From positions 1 through 46,454 of IMG/VR virus record IMGVR_UViG_3300032421_000005: a stretch of 46,454 nt of DNA. One strand, 5' to 3'. A program made the position numbers and the translations under genes. Below the pieces are notes generated by a model. It had not been told where the DNA came from. It made no database searches and saw only the letters and a list, made by a program, of their open reading frames with translations. Shown here piece by piece: positions 24,702 to 31,979 of the stretch. Within the stretch, counting starts at the first letter, position 1. Every line of letters starts with the position of its first letter. Origin of the DNA: a virus.

Positions 24702-24891
24702 CTGACAACGAATCCCTCCCCGGTCACCGATGCGTAACGTTCCGCTAATGTTCCTCGTCGGTGTAGGACAGGGAAAAGTTTTGGAGCGCCCCCGCGCGGA
24801 TGCCACCGTAGCATCTGCGGCTAATCCTGTAAGCGGCTTTCGTGTTGAATTTGCGATGAATGGTTAGAGTAAGCAAAGGGTTAGGTCTGAT

Positions 24892-25059
24892 ATGAACCGC
24901 TACCGACTCGTCATCTTCGATAAGCCCGGCCCTTGGCGCAGATCGCGCGCGGAGGTTGAGGAGGAGGCGATCGATCTAGGCCACGCCGTCCGCGACGAGT
25001 ACGCCCCCGAGCGGCTCTATCTCGGGCCTAGGGTGAGAATTGAGGGGGAACCGCGATGA
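24892..25059 (+). CDS. Small hypothetical protein in the repressor operon, 55 aa (not in track)
   Basis: ATG 24892; TGA overlaps the ATG of 25056 (ATGA). MNRYRLVIFDKPGPWRRSRAEVEEEAIDLGHAVRDEYAPERLYLGPRVRIEGEPR. Confidence 0.55.
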   Translation: MNRYRLVIFDKPGPWRRSRAEVEEEAIDLGHAVRDEYAPERLYLGPRVRIEGEPR

Positions 25060-25313
25060 GAAGCGACGACGAACTTATTCGACAATGGTTAGAGCCTGCC
25101 ACCAAGGGCGACATCGCGCGCGTGGTTGTGGCGATGCGCAAGATTCTGACTGCCTATTCCGAGGTCAACCTCGCCATTCTGAACGATGACAAGATGGAGG
25201 CCTTGAACGTCATGAGCCGGATCATGCGCCAGGAAAAACGGCTTGAGGCGATTTTCAACCAAGTTTTCCCATTTCTGGCGGACGATGCCGATGACACTCC
25301 CGCAAAACCCTAG
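25056..25313 (+). CDS. Helical hypothetical protein in the repressor operon, 85 aa
   Basis: ATGA-coupled; followed by a strong terminator. Confidence 0.7.
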   Translation: MRSDDELIRQWLEPATKGDIARVVVAMRKILTAYSEVNLAILNDDKMEALNVMSRIMRQEKRLEAIFNQVFPFLADDADDTPAKP

Positions 25314-25340
25314 CGGCTCCAATCTACCCCACCCTCCCCC

Positions 25341-25364
25341 AGCCGCCTCCGGGCGGCTTTTTTT
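25341..25364 (+). terminator. Rho-independent terminator of the repressor operon
   Basis: AGCCGCC-TCCG-GGCGGCT followed by a run of 7 T that begins at the last stem base. Confidence 0.85.
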
Positions 25365-25431
25365 GTGCCTGGCGCGGTCGGCGCGGGGGTGAGTCGGGAT
25401 AAAAATGTTTGTTGAAGTCTCATTTAGGAGC

Positions 25432-25460
25432 TTGACCTAAGTATCATTTATGATATTGAA
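25432..25460 (+). promoter_or_regulatory. Rightward promoter with a second copy of the immunity operator
   Basis: TTGACC-TAAGTA-TCATTTATGATAT-TGAAC. Matches the leftward cro promoter in 12 of 13 operator positions and in the position of the -35 element. Confidence 0.65.
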
Positions 25461-25496
25461 CTTCCATCAGCCGCATTGCTGAGAGGGAGAAAGACC

Positions 25497-25745
25497 GTGG
25501 TTCAGCTTAGCAAATCGAACGCCAAGGAAGTCGCGAACCTCCGCCTCCATCTGCGTCTCGGCAACGACGGCGCCTATTTTCGCGGCATGTCGGGCCTGCA
25601 CCGCGCGGCGAGCGCCGGCCAGCAGAAGGCGATCTGGGAAGAGATCCTTCGCGACGAGATGGAGCTTCGCTTCGCCCGCCTCAACGGCTGCATCGTCGAG
25701 TGCCGGGAAGATCCCGAATTGGTCGAACTGGAGATGGCGGCATGA
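25497..25745 (+). CDS. Hypothetical protein, 82 aa; first gene of the rightward operon
   Basis: GTG at 25497 preceded by GAGGGAGAAAGACC. Confidence 0.65.
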   Translation: MVQLSKSNAKEVANLRLHLRLGNDGAYFRGMSGLHRAASAGQQKAIWEEILRDEMELRFARLNGCIVECREDPELVELEMAA

Positions 25746-25779
25746 GCGCCGACTTCTTCAGTGGATTAAGGAGAACGTG

Positions 25780-25881
25780 ATGCCCCGAGTAATCATCATG
25801 CGAGACGCGGTGATCGCTGCTGCGGTTGCCTTCGCGCCGGTGGTGTTCGTGATCGTCATGCTTCTGGCGGTGGGCAAATGA
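25780..25881 (+). CDS. Single-pass membrane micro-protein, 33 aa (not in track)
   Basis: AAGGAG 8 nt upstream of ATG 25780. MPRVIIMRDAVIAAAVAFAPVVFVIVMLLAVGK; TGA overlaps the ATG of 25878. Confidence 0.55.
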   Translation: MPRVIIMRDAVIAAAVAFAPVVFVIVMLLAVGK

Positions 25882-26399
25882 GCGCGTCCACGCCCGGGCC
25901 ATGGAGCACGAACGGCTGCGGCATAAACGCCGGTGGACGCTCGATTGCTATCGCCTGCCCCAATCCGAAGGCGGACGATGGGTCCATGCGGGCCAATGCC
26001 CGGCTTATCACGCTCTCGACAGTCATTCCCGATCTTTACGCCAGCGAGATCAACGCAACGATCGAGTGGTTCTGGGATGGCGGCTTTGAGGTCGCGATCG
26101 GCGACGATATGAACGGTTGGTGCAGCAGAGGCAACTGCGACACTTGGGTTGAAGCTCTCGAATGGCTTCAGGATGCCGCGATTGCCGCTTGGCCGGATAG
26201 CGCCTTTGCCAAGGCCCGCGCCGCCATAGCGAAAGCTGCTGTGGGCTTGGAGATGGCTCTGCCTGAAGAGCCGTCTGACGCCGTGATCCGTGCCGTTGAC
26301 AAGGCTGCCCACGAGCATTGGCCTAACGCCAAGCAGATGGCCATCGGCATGTACAAGGTCATCCGAGAAGCCGCCATCGCGAAAGCGCCCGGACAATGA
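25878..26399 (+). CDS. Hypothetical protein, 173 aa
   Basis: ATGA-coupled on both sides; balanced composition. Confidence 0.75.
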   Translation: MSASTPGPWSTNGCGINAGGRSIAIACPNPKADDGSMRANARLITLSTVIPDLYASEINATIEWFWDGGFEVAIGDDMNGWCSRGNCDTWVEALEWLQDAAIAAWPDSAFAKARAAIAKAAVGLEMALPEEPSDAVIRAVDKAAHEHWPNAKQMAIGMYKVIREAAIAKAPGQ

Positions 26400-26575
26400 G
26401 CGAGGCCGATCCCGTGTGGGTGGCTGAGCAGGTCCTCACGCATATTCGAGGCATGGCGAATTGGGGTGAGGCTCAAAGCGAGCCTGCATATCTAAAGAAC
26501 GTCCTGAGCAGCATTCGTCAAGAAGCCGCCGACGCGCTGGTTTACCTAGCCCATCTCAAGGAAAACCAGAAATGA
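26396..26575 (+). CDS. Hypothetical protein, 59 aa (not in track)
   Basis: ATGA overlaps at both ends. MSEADPVWVAEQVLTHIRGMANWGEAQSEPAYLKNVLSSIRQEAADALVYLAHLKENQK. Confidence 0.6.
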   Translation: MSEADPVWVAEQVLTHIRGMANWGEAQSEPAYLKNVLSSIRQEAADALVYLAHLKENQK

Positions 26576-26754
26576 CCGACATCTGCCAGGAGTGTCTCGG
26601 AAGGCGCGGCTTCTACAGCGACACCGGACCCGCGCCGCGCTGGGAGGTCTGTGATTACTGCTCCGGTGCGGGCAGCTTCGAAGAGTTGGTGCCCAACATG
26701 TCCCGCATCGAAGCGGCGAAGCATGTTGAGCTGATGACGGAGAAAGCAGCGTGA
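26572..26754 (+). CDS. DnaJ-type zinc-finger micro-protein, 60 aa
   Basis: Two CxxCxGxG-like motifs: CQECLGRRG and CDYCSGAG. Confidence 0.7.
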   Translation: MTDICQECLGRRGFYSDTGPAPRWEVCDYCSGAGSFEELVPNMSRIEAAKHVELMTEKAA

Positions 26755-26915
26755 TGGGCTGGCCTCAGATCACTATCATCGCACTGACTGCAATGTCGGT
26801 CGGGATTTCGGCCGCAAAGGAAGGTGAGCCCCGCGGCAATCATAGCACCATCGGGGCGCTCATCGGTGCCGCCATCCAGTGCACTATCCTCTATTTTGGA
26901 GGCTTCTTCGGATGA
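26754..26915 (+). CDS. Two-TM membrane micro-protein, 53 aa (not in track)
   Basis: ATG 26754 (TGATG overlap). MGWPQITIIALTAMSVGISAAKEGEPRGNHSTIGALIGAAIQCTILYFGGFFG. Confidence 0.55.
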   Translation: MGWPQITIIALTAMSVGISAAKEGEPRGNHSTIGALIGAAIQCTILYFGGFFG

Positions 26916-27040
26916 CCACCCCAATCGAAGCGCTGCTGTCGGCAACCGGCCCAGCAACCCAATGGCTAGAGGATAACGCCGAAGCCATCGACCGCGCTTT
27001 CGCGGAGATGGAAGCGGAAGATGAGGAGGAAATGCGGTGA
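26912..27040 (+). CDS. Acidic micro-protein, 42 aa (not in track)
   Basis: ATGA overlap upstream, GTGA overlap with the HD gene. MTTPIEALLSATGPATQWLEDNAEAIDRAFAEMEAEDEEEMR. Confidence 0.45.
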   Translation: MTTPIEALLSATGPATQWLEDNAEAIDRAFAEMEAEDEEEMR

Positions 27041-27513
27041 GCGAAATATGGGAAGCGCGCGATTTCGCTATCAGGGCGCACGGGGATCAGAAGTACGGCG
27101 GAGAGCCTTACGGGGTCCACTTGTTTGATGTCGCCGGAATCGTCCATGAGTTCGGCTATTCCAATGATCACCGCAAAGCCGCGTTCCTCCATGATGTTCT
27201 GGAGGACACCGCCACTACGTCAGATCAGATCCTCGATTTATTCGGCGAGAATGTCTTGCGGCTCGTATTCGCTTGCACTGGAGAGGGTGAGAGCCGAGCG
27301 GAGCGCAACAATTCGATCTACCGCAAGATCGTGGAGTATCCGCCGGCCGCCCCTGTCAAGCTGGCCGATCGCATCGCCAATGTAGAAGCGGCCACACCGG
27401 GCTGTCATCACTGGCGACGCTACAAGGCGGAGATGCCGCAATTCCGAGCGGTTATACGCCCGCACGTGCCGGACCAGATGTGGGATCGGCTTGAAGGGAG
27501 CTTCCGCCCATGA
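27037..27513 (+). CDS. Single-domain HD (RelA/SpoT-hydrolase-like) protein; small alarmone hydrolase candidate, 158 aa
   Basis: FAIRAHGDQKYGGEPYGVHLFDVAGIV...AAFLHDVLEDT...KLADRIANV matches the (p)ppGpp-hydrolase HD fold signature as I recall it. Confidence 0.8.
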   Translation: MSEIWEARDFAIRAHGDQKYGGEPYGVHLFDVAGIVHEFGYSNDHRKAAFLHDVLEDTATTSDQILDLFGENVLRLVFACTGEGESRAERNNSIYRKIVEYPPAAPVKLADRIANVEAATPGCHHWRRYKAEMPQFRAVIRPHVPDQMWDRLEGSFRP

Positions 27514-27576
27514 CCCCCACCGCGATCCAGCGCCTGTTCGATCAGGAAGCAGCTGCGGAAACGAAGGAATGGTGAA

Positions 27577-27855
27577 GTGAAAGCAAACTTCTATTGGGCC
27601 AGGATCGGAAACGGCAATTACGAGCCCGTCGCGGTCACGGGCAAGAAGGGCGCGCGCATGGCCTATACAATAGGTTGTGCTGACCCCTTCCCTGTCGACG
27701 AAGCGGATTCCGCGATCGAACTGTACGTCGATAAAGATTATCCTGAAAGGCCCGAGCCGCCTCTTACACCGAAACAAGCGGCTGCGGCAGCAGCACGGGA
27801 ACGGCGCTACCAAGCGATGCGGACATCGCACGGTTATGCGGGGTTCGGACGATGA
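27577..27855 (+). CDS. Hypothetical protein, 92 aa
   Basis: GTG 27577 with GAAGGA upstream. Confidence 0.65.
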   Translation: MKANFYWARIGNGNYEPVAVTGKKGARMAYTIGCADPFPVDEADSAIELYVDKDYPERPEPPLTPKQAAAAAARERRYQAMRTSHGYAGFGR

Positions 27856-27986
27856 TCCTCATCACCAACCGGTCCCGCAAATGGCCTCCGATTCAGCCCC
27901 TCCCCAAGCCCGAGGGAGTGGTGGTTATCGACACCAAGAAGCCCCCGAAGCCGCGGGCGGAGATAGGGAGTGAAGCGCGTGGGTGA
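27852..27986 (+). CDS. Possible Pro/Lys-rich micro-protein, 44 aa (not in track)
   Basis: ATGA overlap with the previous stop. MILITNRSRKWPPIQPLPKPEGVVVIDTKKPPKPRAEIGSEARG. Confidence 0.35.
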   Translation: MILITNRSRKWPPIQPLPKPEGVVVIDTKKPPKPRAEIGSEARG

Positions 27987-27987
27987 G

Positions 27988-28617
27988 ATGACGATCGAGC
28001 GCCCCTGGCAGTCATGGGAACGCAACTATTCCGGCGGCCGAATTGGCGTGCAGGAACAGCAGGGCCGCGATGAGAACTGGATGATCCTGCATGTGGAGTC
28101 GGGTGGCGTGAAAACGACCACCAGCCTGCGCCTCAACGAGGCTTGGGATTTGGCATTACTCCTCTCCCCGCAATTGAAGGCGGAACTCGACCGGCGACAC
28201 AAGAGTGCGCGGGCCGCCGAAGCCGCGCTCTACAGCCTGACCTGGCGCGAGTGCGATACCGACCTGTTGCGCCGGATAGCCGATGAGCACTCTTGCGGCG
28301 ATGGATGCGAGCACGCTTTCGGCGGCTTTGGCTTAGCCGGGTGCAGCCAGACCTATCGCGATGGCTGCCGGTACGCGGAAGCCGACCAGATGCGCGCACT
28401 CGCGGACGGCATCGATCTGGGCAACGCGACGGTCAAGGCAGACGTGTTGCGAGCAATCGACAGCTGCGGGGGATCATTCACGGCCGCCGAAGAGGCCAAT
28501 GGCTACGCAGATGGATACCGCCGTGCATTGGCGGCGGCTAAGCGTGAAGTGAGCCGCCTGCTCGCCCGCACTCCCTCAAAGCACGAGGTCGAGCGGATCG
28601 AGCGGGAGGAGCGATGA
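27988..28617 (+). CDS. Hypothetical Cys-containing protein, 209 aa (215 aa if GTG 27970 is used)
   Basis: ATG 27988 lies 1 nt after the preceding TGA; in frame with track ORF 27970..28617. Confidence 0.7.
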   Translation: MTIERPWQSWERNYSGGRIGVQEQQGRDENWMILHVESGGVKTTTSLRLNEAWDLALLLSPQLKAELDRRHKSARAAEAALYSLTWRECDTDLLRRIADEHSCGDGCEHAFGGFGLAGCSQTYRDGCRYAEADQMRALADGIDLGNATVKADVLRAIDSCGGSFTAAEEANGYADGYRRALAAAKREVSRLLARTPSKHEVERIEREER

Positions 28618-28820
28618 TGGCCTTCCGTGGCGCAAAGTCTCAGGTCAAGAACCAGTCGCGCAAAGGCGTCACTGGTTTGGCCAGCACTCCCGCTTTCGTG
28701 GTCCGATCGCTCGGCCTTCTCGATCCGGCCGACGCCTCTGAGCCTGTGAACCGAAAGCAGCGTCGCGCGCAACGCAAGGGTCTAGTGCCTGCTGAGCGCG
28801 TCAAGAAGGAGCGGGCGTGA
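28614..28820 (+). CDS. Basic hypothetical protein, 68 aa
   Basis: ATGA-coupled; Lys/Arg-rich. Confidence 0.6.
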   Translation: MMAFRGAKSQVKNQSRKGVTGLASTPAFVVRSLGLLDPADASEPVNRKQRRAQRKGLVPAERVKKERA

Positions 28821-29146
28821 TGGGGGCTGAGCTTCTGAGCGCAGACGAGGCGGCTGCGTGCCTCCACATCTGCGAGCGGACCTTGCGCAAGCTGCGGAAG
28901 GAGGGCTTGATCCCCTATGTTGCGATCACCGACCGGAAGTTCCTCTACCGGCGCGAGGATTGCGACGCCTATCTCGAATCGCGCCTGCGCAAGGATGAAC
29001 CGTGTCCGTCTATAAAACCGACAAGTCCCCGTACTGGCAGTACGATTTCCAGCGCACCAAGGTCCGGTTTCATGGCAGCACGGGCTGCACGTCGAAACGC
29101 GACGCAGAAGCCTTCGAGGCCCGCATCAAGCGCGAGGTCGCTCTAG
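28817..29146 (+). CDS. xis: Excisionase-type (MerR/HTH_17-like) DNA-binding protein, 109-aa ORF whose last ~48 codons overlap int
   Basis: LLSADEAAACLHICERTLRKLRKEGLIPYVAITDRKFLYRREDCDAYL; AAGGAG upstream; directly precedes the integrase. Confidence 0.7.
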   Translation: MMGAELLSADEAAACLHICERTLRKLRKEGLIPYVAITDRKFLYRREDCDAYLESRLRKDEPCPSIKPTSPRTGSTISSAPRSGFMAARAARRNATQKPSRPASSARSL

Positions 29147-30131
29147 GCCATGCAGCCAAGCGCCCCATTACTCTGGATGCGGCCTGCCAGGCTTATTGGC
29201 AGGACAAGGGGCAGCACGAAAGCAGTTCCACCACGACCGACTATCAGCTCGCCAACCTGTGTGAAGGCATCGGAGCCGGGAAGTTGCTGAGCGCGATCGG
29301 AACAGAGGATTTCAGGCGCTACATCGCCAAGCGCCGCGCCACGGTGAGCAACGCCAGCGTCAATCGTGAATGGCAGCTCGCGCGCCGTGTCTGGAAGCAC
29401 GCTGCGGCGGCGGGATACGATCTGCCGATCCCCGGAACGCCCGACGCGATCGACTGGAGCAAGCTGCGCCTGGACGAACCCAAGGAGCGCGTGCGCGAGC
29501 TTTCTCCAGACGAGGAGAAGCGGCTGTTCGAACACCTGCCGGACAGCCTCAAGCCGGTGGTGGAGTTCGCCGCTCTATCCGGCCAGCGCCGCAGTTCGGT
29601 GATCGGGCTCGAATGGGATAAGATCGATTGGGACGGATGCCGCGCCACGATCACACAGAAGGGCGACAAGGAGCACACCTTCCCTCTCACACCGCGCATG
29701 GTCGAGCTATTGCGCGAGCAGCCACACGTGGAGGGTTGCGACTTCGTATTCACCTATGTCTGCGAGCGCCCCTCCCCAGCCCGTAAGGATCGTCCCCGGC
29801 GTTACAAGGGCACGCGCTACCCATTCAGCCCCCAGGGATGGATGCGGAAGTGGCGGAAGGCCCTCACCGATGCGAAGATCAAAAACTTCAAGTTCCACGA
29901 TCTACGCCACACCCGAGGCACGCGGGTGCTACGCGCGACGGGCAACCTCAAGGTCGTCCAGAAGCTCCTTGGGCATACCGACATCGCCACCACCGCCCGC
30001 TATGCCCACGCGCTTGAGGACGATATTCGCGCCGCGATGGTTGAAACAGAATCCCGGAATAGTACCGGGAAGAAGTTGACAGCACCCCGCAGAACCCGCA
30101 GAATCTCTAAGTCAAAAGAGGACATAGCATG

Positions 30132-30132
<1 letters not shown>
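29002..30132 (+). CDS. int: Tyrosine integrase, 376 aa
   Basis: HDLRHTRGT...LLGHTDIATTARYAH (H-x-x-R ... Y catalytic box). N-terminal SPYWQYDF...G.R arm-type region. GTG 29002 with AAGGA upstream. Confidence 0.9.
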
Positions 30133-30183
<51 letters not shown>

Positions 30184-30344
30184 ATTTCCGCCAGTTTCAG
30201 GAGCTTCCCGCCAGTCCGTCCGCGAACAATTGCGGTACGCAACAGAGCGGTACGGAGCAATTCCGGACGGTAAGTCCCAGAATAGTCCCGGGCGATGTTC
30301 AGGAGTCGTTCCCGGAGGGGCATACGGCCGAAAGCTGGGCGGCG

Positions 30345-30716
30345 ATGGTTCGCGCATCAGAGGCGCTTGATTGGGGTGGGCCGTCAGTTCCACTCTACCC
30401 GGACAAAGCGGAGCCCGGCGACCCGGTACACTACCAAAAGCCCGGCACGATATATTTCATCGGCGGCGATACCGGCGCGATCAAGATCGGCTTCACCACA
30501 ACGCTAGATGTCCGTCTGCGGCGGCTGCGTGCGAACTCCCCGATTCCGCTAGGCGTTCTCGCCAGCAAACAGGGCGTCGCATGGGATGAGCGGGCTTATC
30601 ACTTGCTCTTCCAGCGCCACCGCCTCCACGGCGAATGGTTCGCCCGTGCCCCGGAAATTCTCGCTGAGATTGACCGCATATCCCCCACCGCTTTCAGGAA
30701 GGGGGCTTCGGAATGA
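30345..30716 (+). CDS. T5orf172/MUG113-type (GIY-YIG-related) domain protein, about 123 aa
   Basis: GTIYFIGGDTGAIKIGFTTTLDVRLRRLRANSPIPLGVLA...ERAYHLLFQRHRLHGEWF. Start uncertain; the upstream part of track ORF 30129.. reads through the tRNA fragment. Confidence 0.7.
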   Translation: MVRASEALDWGGPSVPLYPDKAEPGDPVHYQKPGTIYFIGGDTGAIKIGFTTTLDVRLRRLRANSPIPLGVLASKQGVAWDERAYHLLFQRHRLHGEWFARAPEILAEIDRISPTAFRKGASE

Positions 30717-30928
30717 GCGGGGATCCCGCCCTTTTCGATCTGATGCGCAAGCTAGCCGACGCGGGGCACCCCCGTGCCGACGAACTGCGTGAGAAGGCAT
30801 CAGCGTTCGAAGCCGCCGCTACTGGCTTTTACGGCGATCCGCAGACTGTTCCCGCGAAGAGCTTCCTCGGCGCTTGGGCGCGCGCTCGTCGCCTGTGGAG
30901 CGAATGTTCCGGAGAGCCGCTGATATGA
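30713..30928 (+). CDS. Hypothetical protein, 71 aa
   Basis: ATGA-coupled to the T5orf172 gene. Confidence 0.65.
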   Translation: MSGDPALFDLMRKLADAGHPRADELREKASAFEAAATGFYGDPQTVPAKSFLGAWARARRLWSECSGEPLI

Positions 30929-30967
30929 CCGCCCCTCCCCTCCTGCCATGGGGGAGAAGATACGGGG

Positions 30968-31174
30968 CTACTTCTCGCGGCGCTTCAGCTCACGCTCGAC
31001 GGCTTGGCGAACGAAGTCGGTTCGATCCTCGCCTTCCGTCAACACCTTCGCGATTCGCTCGAACGTCCCCGCCGGAAAGCGAGCTTGCATATTCTCAGAC
31101 CAGAGCGGCGGCCGTCCCACGGCGCGCGGCGTATCGCATATCACTTTTTCTGCCAAGGCTCGATTATTTCTCAT
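30968..31174 (-). CDS. Ribbon-helix-helix (CopG/Arc-like) regulator, 68 aa
   Basis: GRPPLWSENMQARFPAGTFERIAKVLTEGEDRTDFVRQAVERELKRRE. Divergent from the 31279 operon; ATG at 31174. Confidence 0.75.
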   Translation of the reverse strand: MRNNRALAEKVICDTPRAVGRPPLWSENMQARFPAGTFERIAKVLTEGEDRTDFVRQAVERELKRREK

Positions 31175-31222
31175 ATCACCTATTGACCCTATAAGTCGTA
31201 TCACTTATATAAGTCATATCAG
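31171..31222. promoter_or_regulatory. AT-rich divergent control region with direct repeats (candidate RHH operator)
   Basis: TATAAGTCGTATCAC (31190-31204) and TATAAGTCATATCAG (31208-31222), 18-bp period. A third TCATATCAC at 31171-31179 overlaps the RHH start codon. Confidence 0.55.
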
Positions 31223-31278
31223 GAACGGACGCAAGCACATCGCAGCAATCTCGCTGCCCAGCCCAAAGGAGGCTCCTG

Positions 31279-31494
31279 ATGTTTTCTCGTTCCGCTCCTT
31301 TCGTGAAGACCCCTCGCGAGTGGGCCTCTCTTGCTCCGCGCCGTAGCGTTGAAAGCGCCGCGAAGGCTTATGCCAAAGCCAACATGGTTGCGGTCGTGAT
31401 GCTCGGGAACGACGACGCGGTCGCCTATCTCTATGACGCGGCAAACAATCGCGTCGCCAAGAAGATCTGCCGGGATGTGGAGTGGGGCGCGTGA
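31279..31494 (+). CDS. Hypothetical protein, 71 aa
   Basis: AAAGGAGG 7 nt upstream of ATG 31279. Confidence 0.75.
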   Translation: MFSRSAPFVKTPREWASLAPRRSVESAAKAYAKANMVAVVMLGNDDAVAYLYDAANNRVAKKICRDVEWGA

Positions 31495-31643
31495 AGCGCC
31501 TCCCCATCATTCGGCATGCCAGGTGGGCGATCCTCTGTGTGCGCTTCAATTTGTGGTGGGAGCGCATCGGCCGTCATCTGGGTGCGGTGCCGAACGAGAG
31601 CGACGTCCGGTTTCTAGAAGATGTTTGGAGTGGGCGAGCATGA
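31491..31643 (+). CDS. Trp/Arg-rich micro-protein, 50 aa (not in track)
   Basis: GTGA overlap upstream, ATGA overlap downstream. (M)KRLPIIRHARWAILCVRFNLWWERIGRHLGAVPNESDVRFLEDVWSGRA. Confidence 0.5.
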   Translation: MKRLPIIRHARWAILCVRFNLWWERIGRHLGAVPNESDVRFLEDVWSGRA

Positions 31644-31831
31644 ACCGCGAGGAACGGCTCATTGTGGCGTGGCTCCGATCCCAGAGGGGGAACCCCCAAG
31701 CAGCCGGCGAGGCGCAGCGGATGGTCCGGTTCTACGCCGAAATTTTCGCTGAAGGGATAGAGCGCGGCGAGCATCGCCCGCCGTCATATCAACCAACATG
31801 GGAGAACCCTGATGGCCCAACAGCCGCATAA
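31640..31831 (+). CDS. Hypothetical protein, 63 aa
   Basis: ATG 31640, in frame with track ORF 31433..31831. MNREERLIVAWLRSQRGNPQAAGEAQRMVRFYAEIF... Confidence 0.6.
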   Translation: MNREERLIVAWLRSQRGNPQAAGEAQRMVRFYAEIFAEGIERGEHRPPSYQPTWENPDGPTAA

Positions 31832-31979
31832 TCACTGTGATCAATGCCGCCACTGGCACAAGGGCTACATGCTCCACCGTTCGCGCGTGCCGAGCTTCTG
31901 CAACCGGCATTTCCATTCTCAAGCTGGCGATGATCCGGCCTGCAAGGATTTCGATCCGATCGAACAGGACGCAGCATGA
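31812..31979 (+). CDS. Cys/His-rich micro-protein, 55 aa (not in track)
   Basis: GGGAGA upstream of ATG 31812. MAQQPHNHCDQCRHWHKGYMLHRSRVPSFCNRHFHSQAGDDPACKDFDPIEQDAA. Confidence 0.45.
   Translation: MAQQPHNHCDQCRHWHKGYMLHRSRVPSFCNRHFHSQAGDDPACKDFDPIEQDAA

Noticed and set aside
25742-25780. 12-aa mini-ORF (MSADFFSGLRRT) bridging two genes; similarly the 21-aa ORF at 27510..27575 (MTPTAIQRLFDQEAAAETKEW)
   Set aside because: They are stop-start coupled like real genes but too short to support from sequence alone. They may only serve translational coupling.
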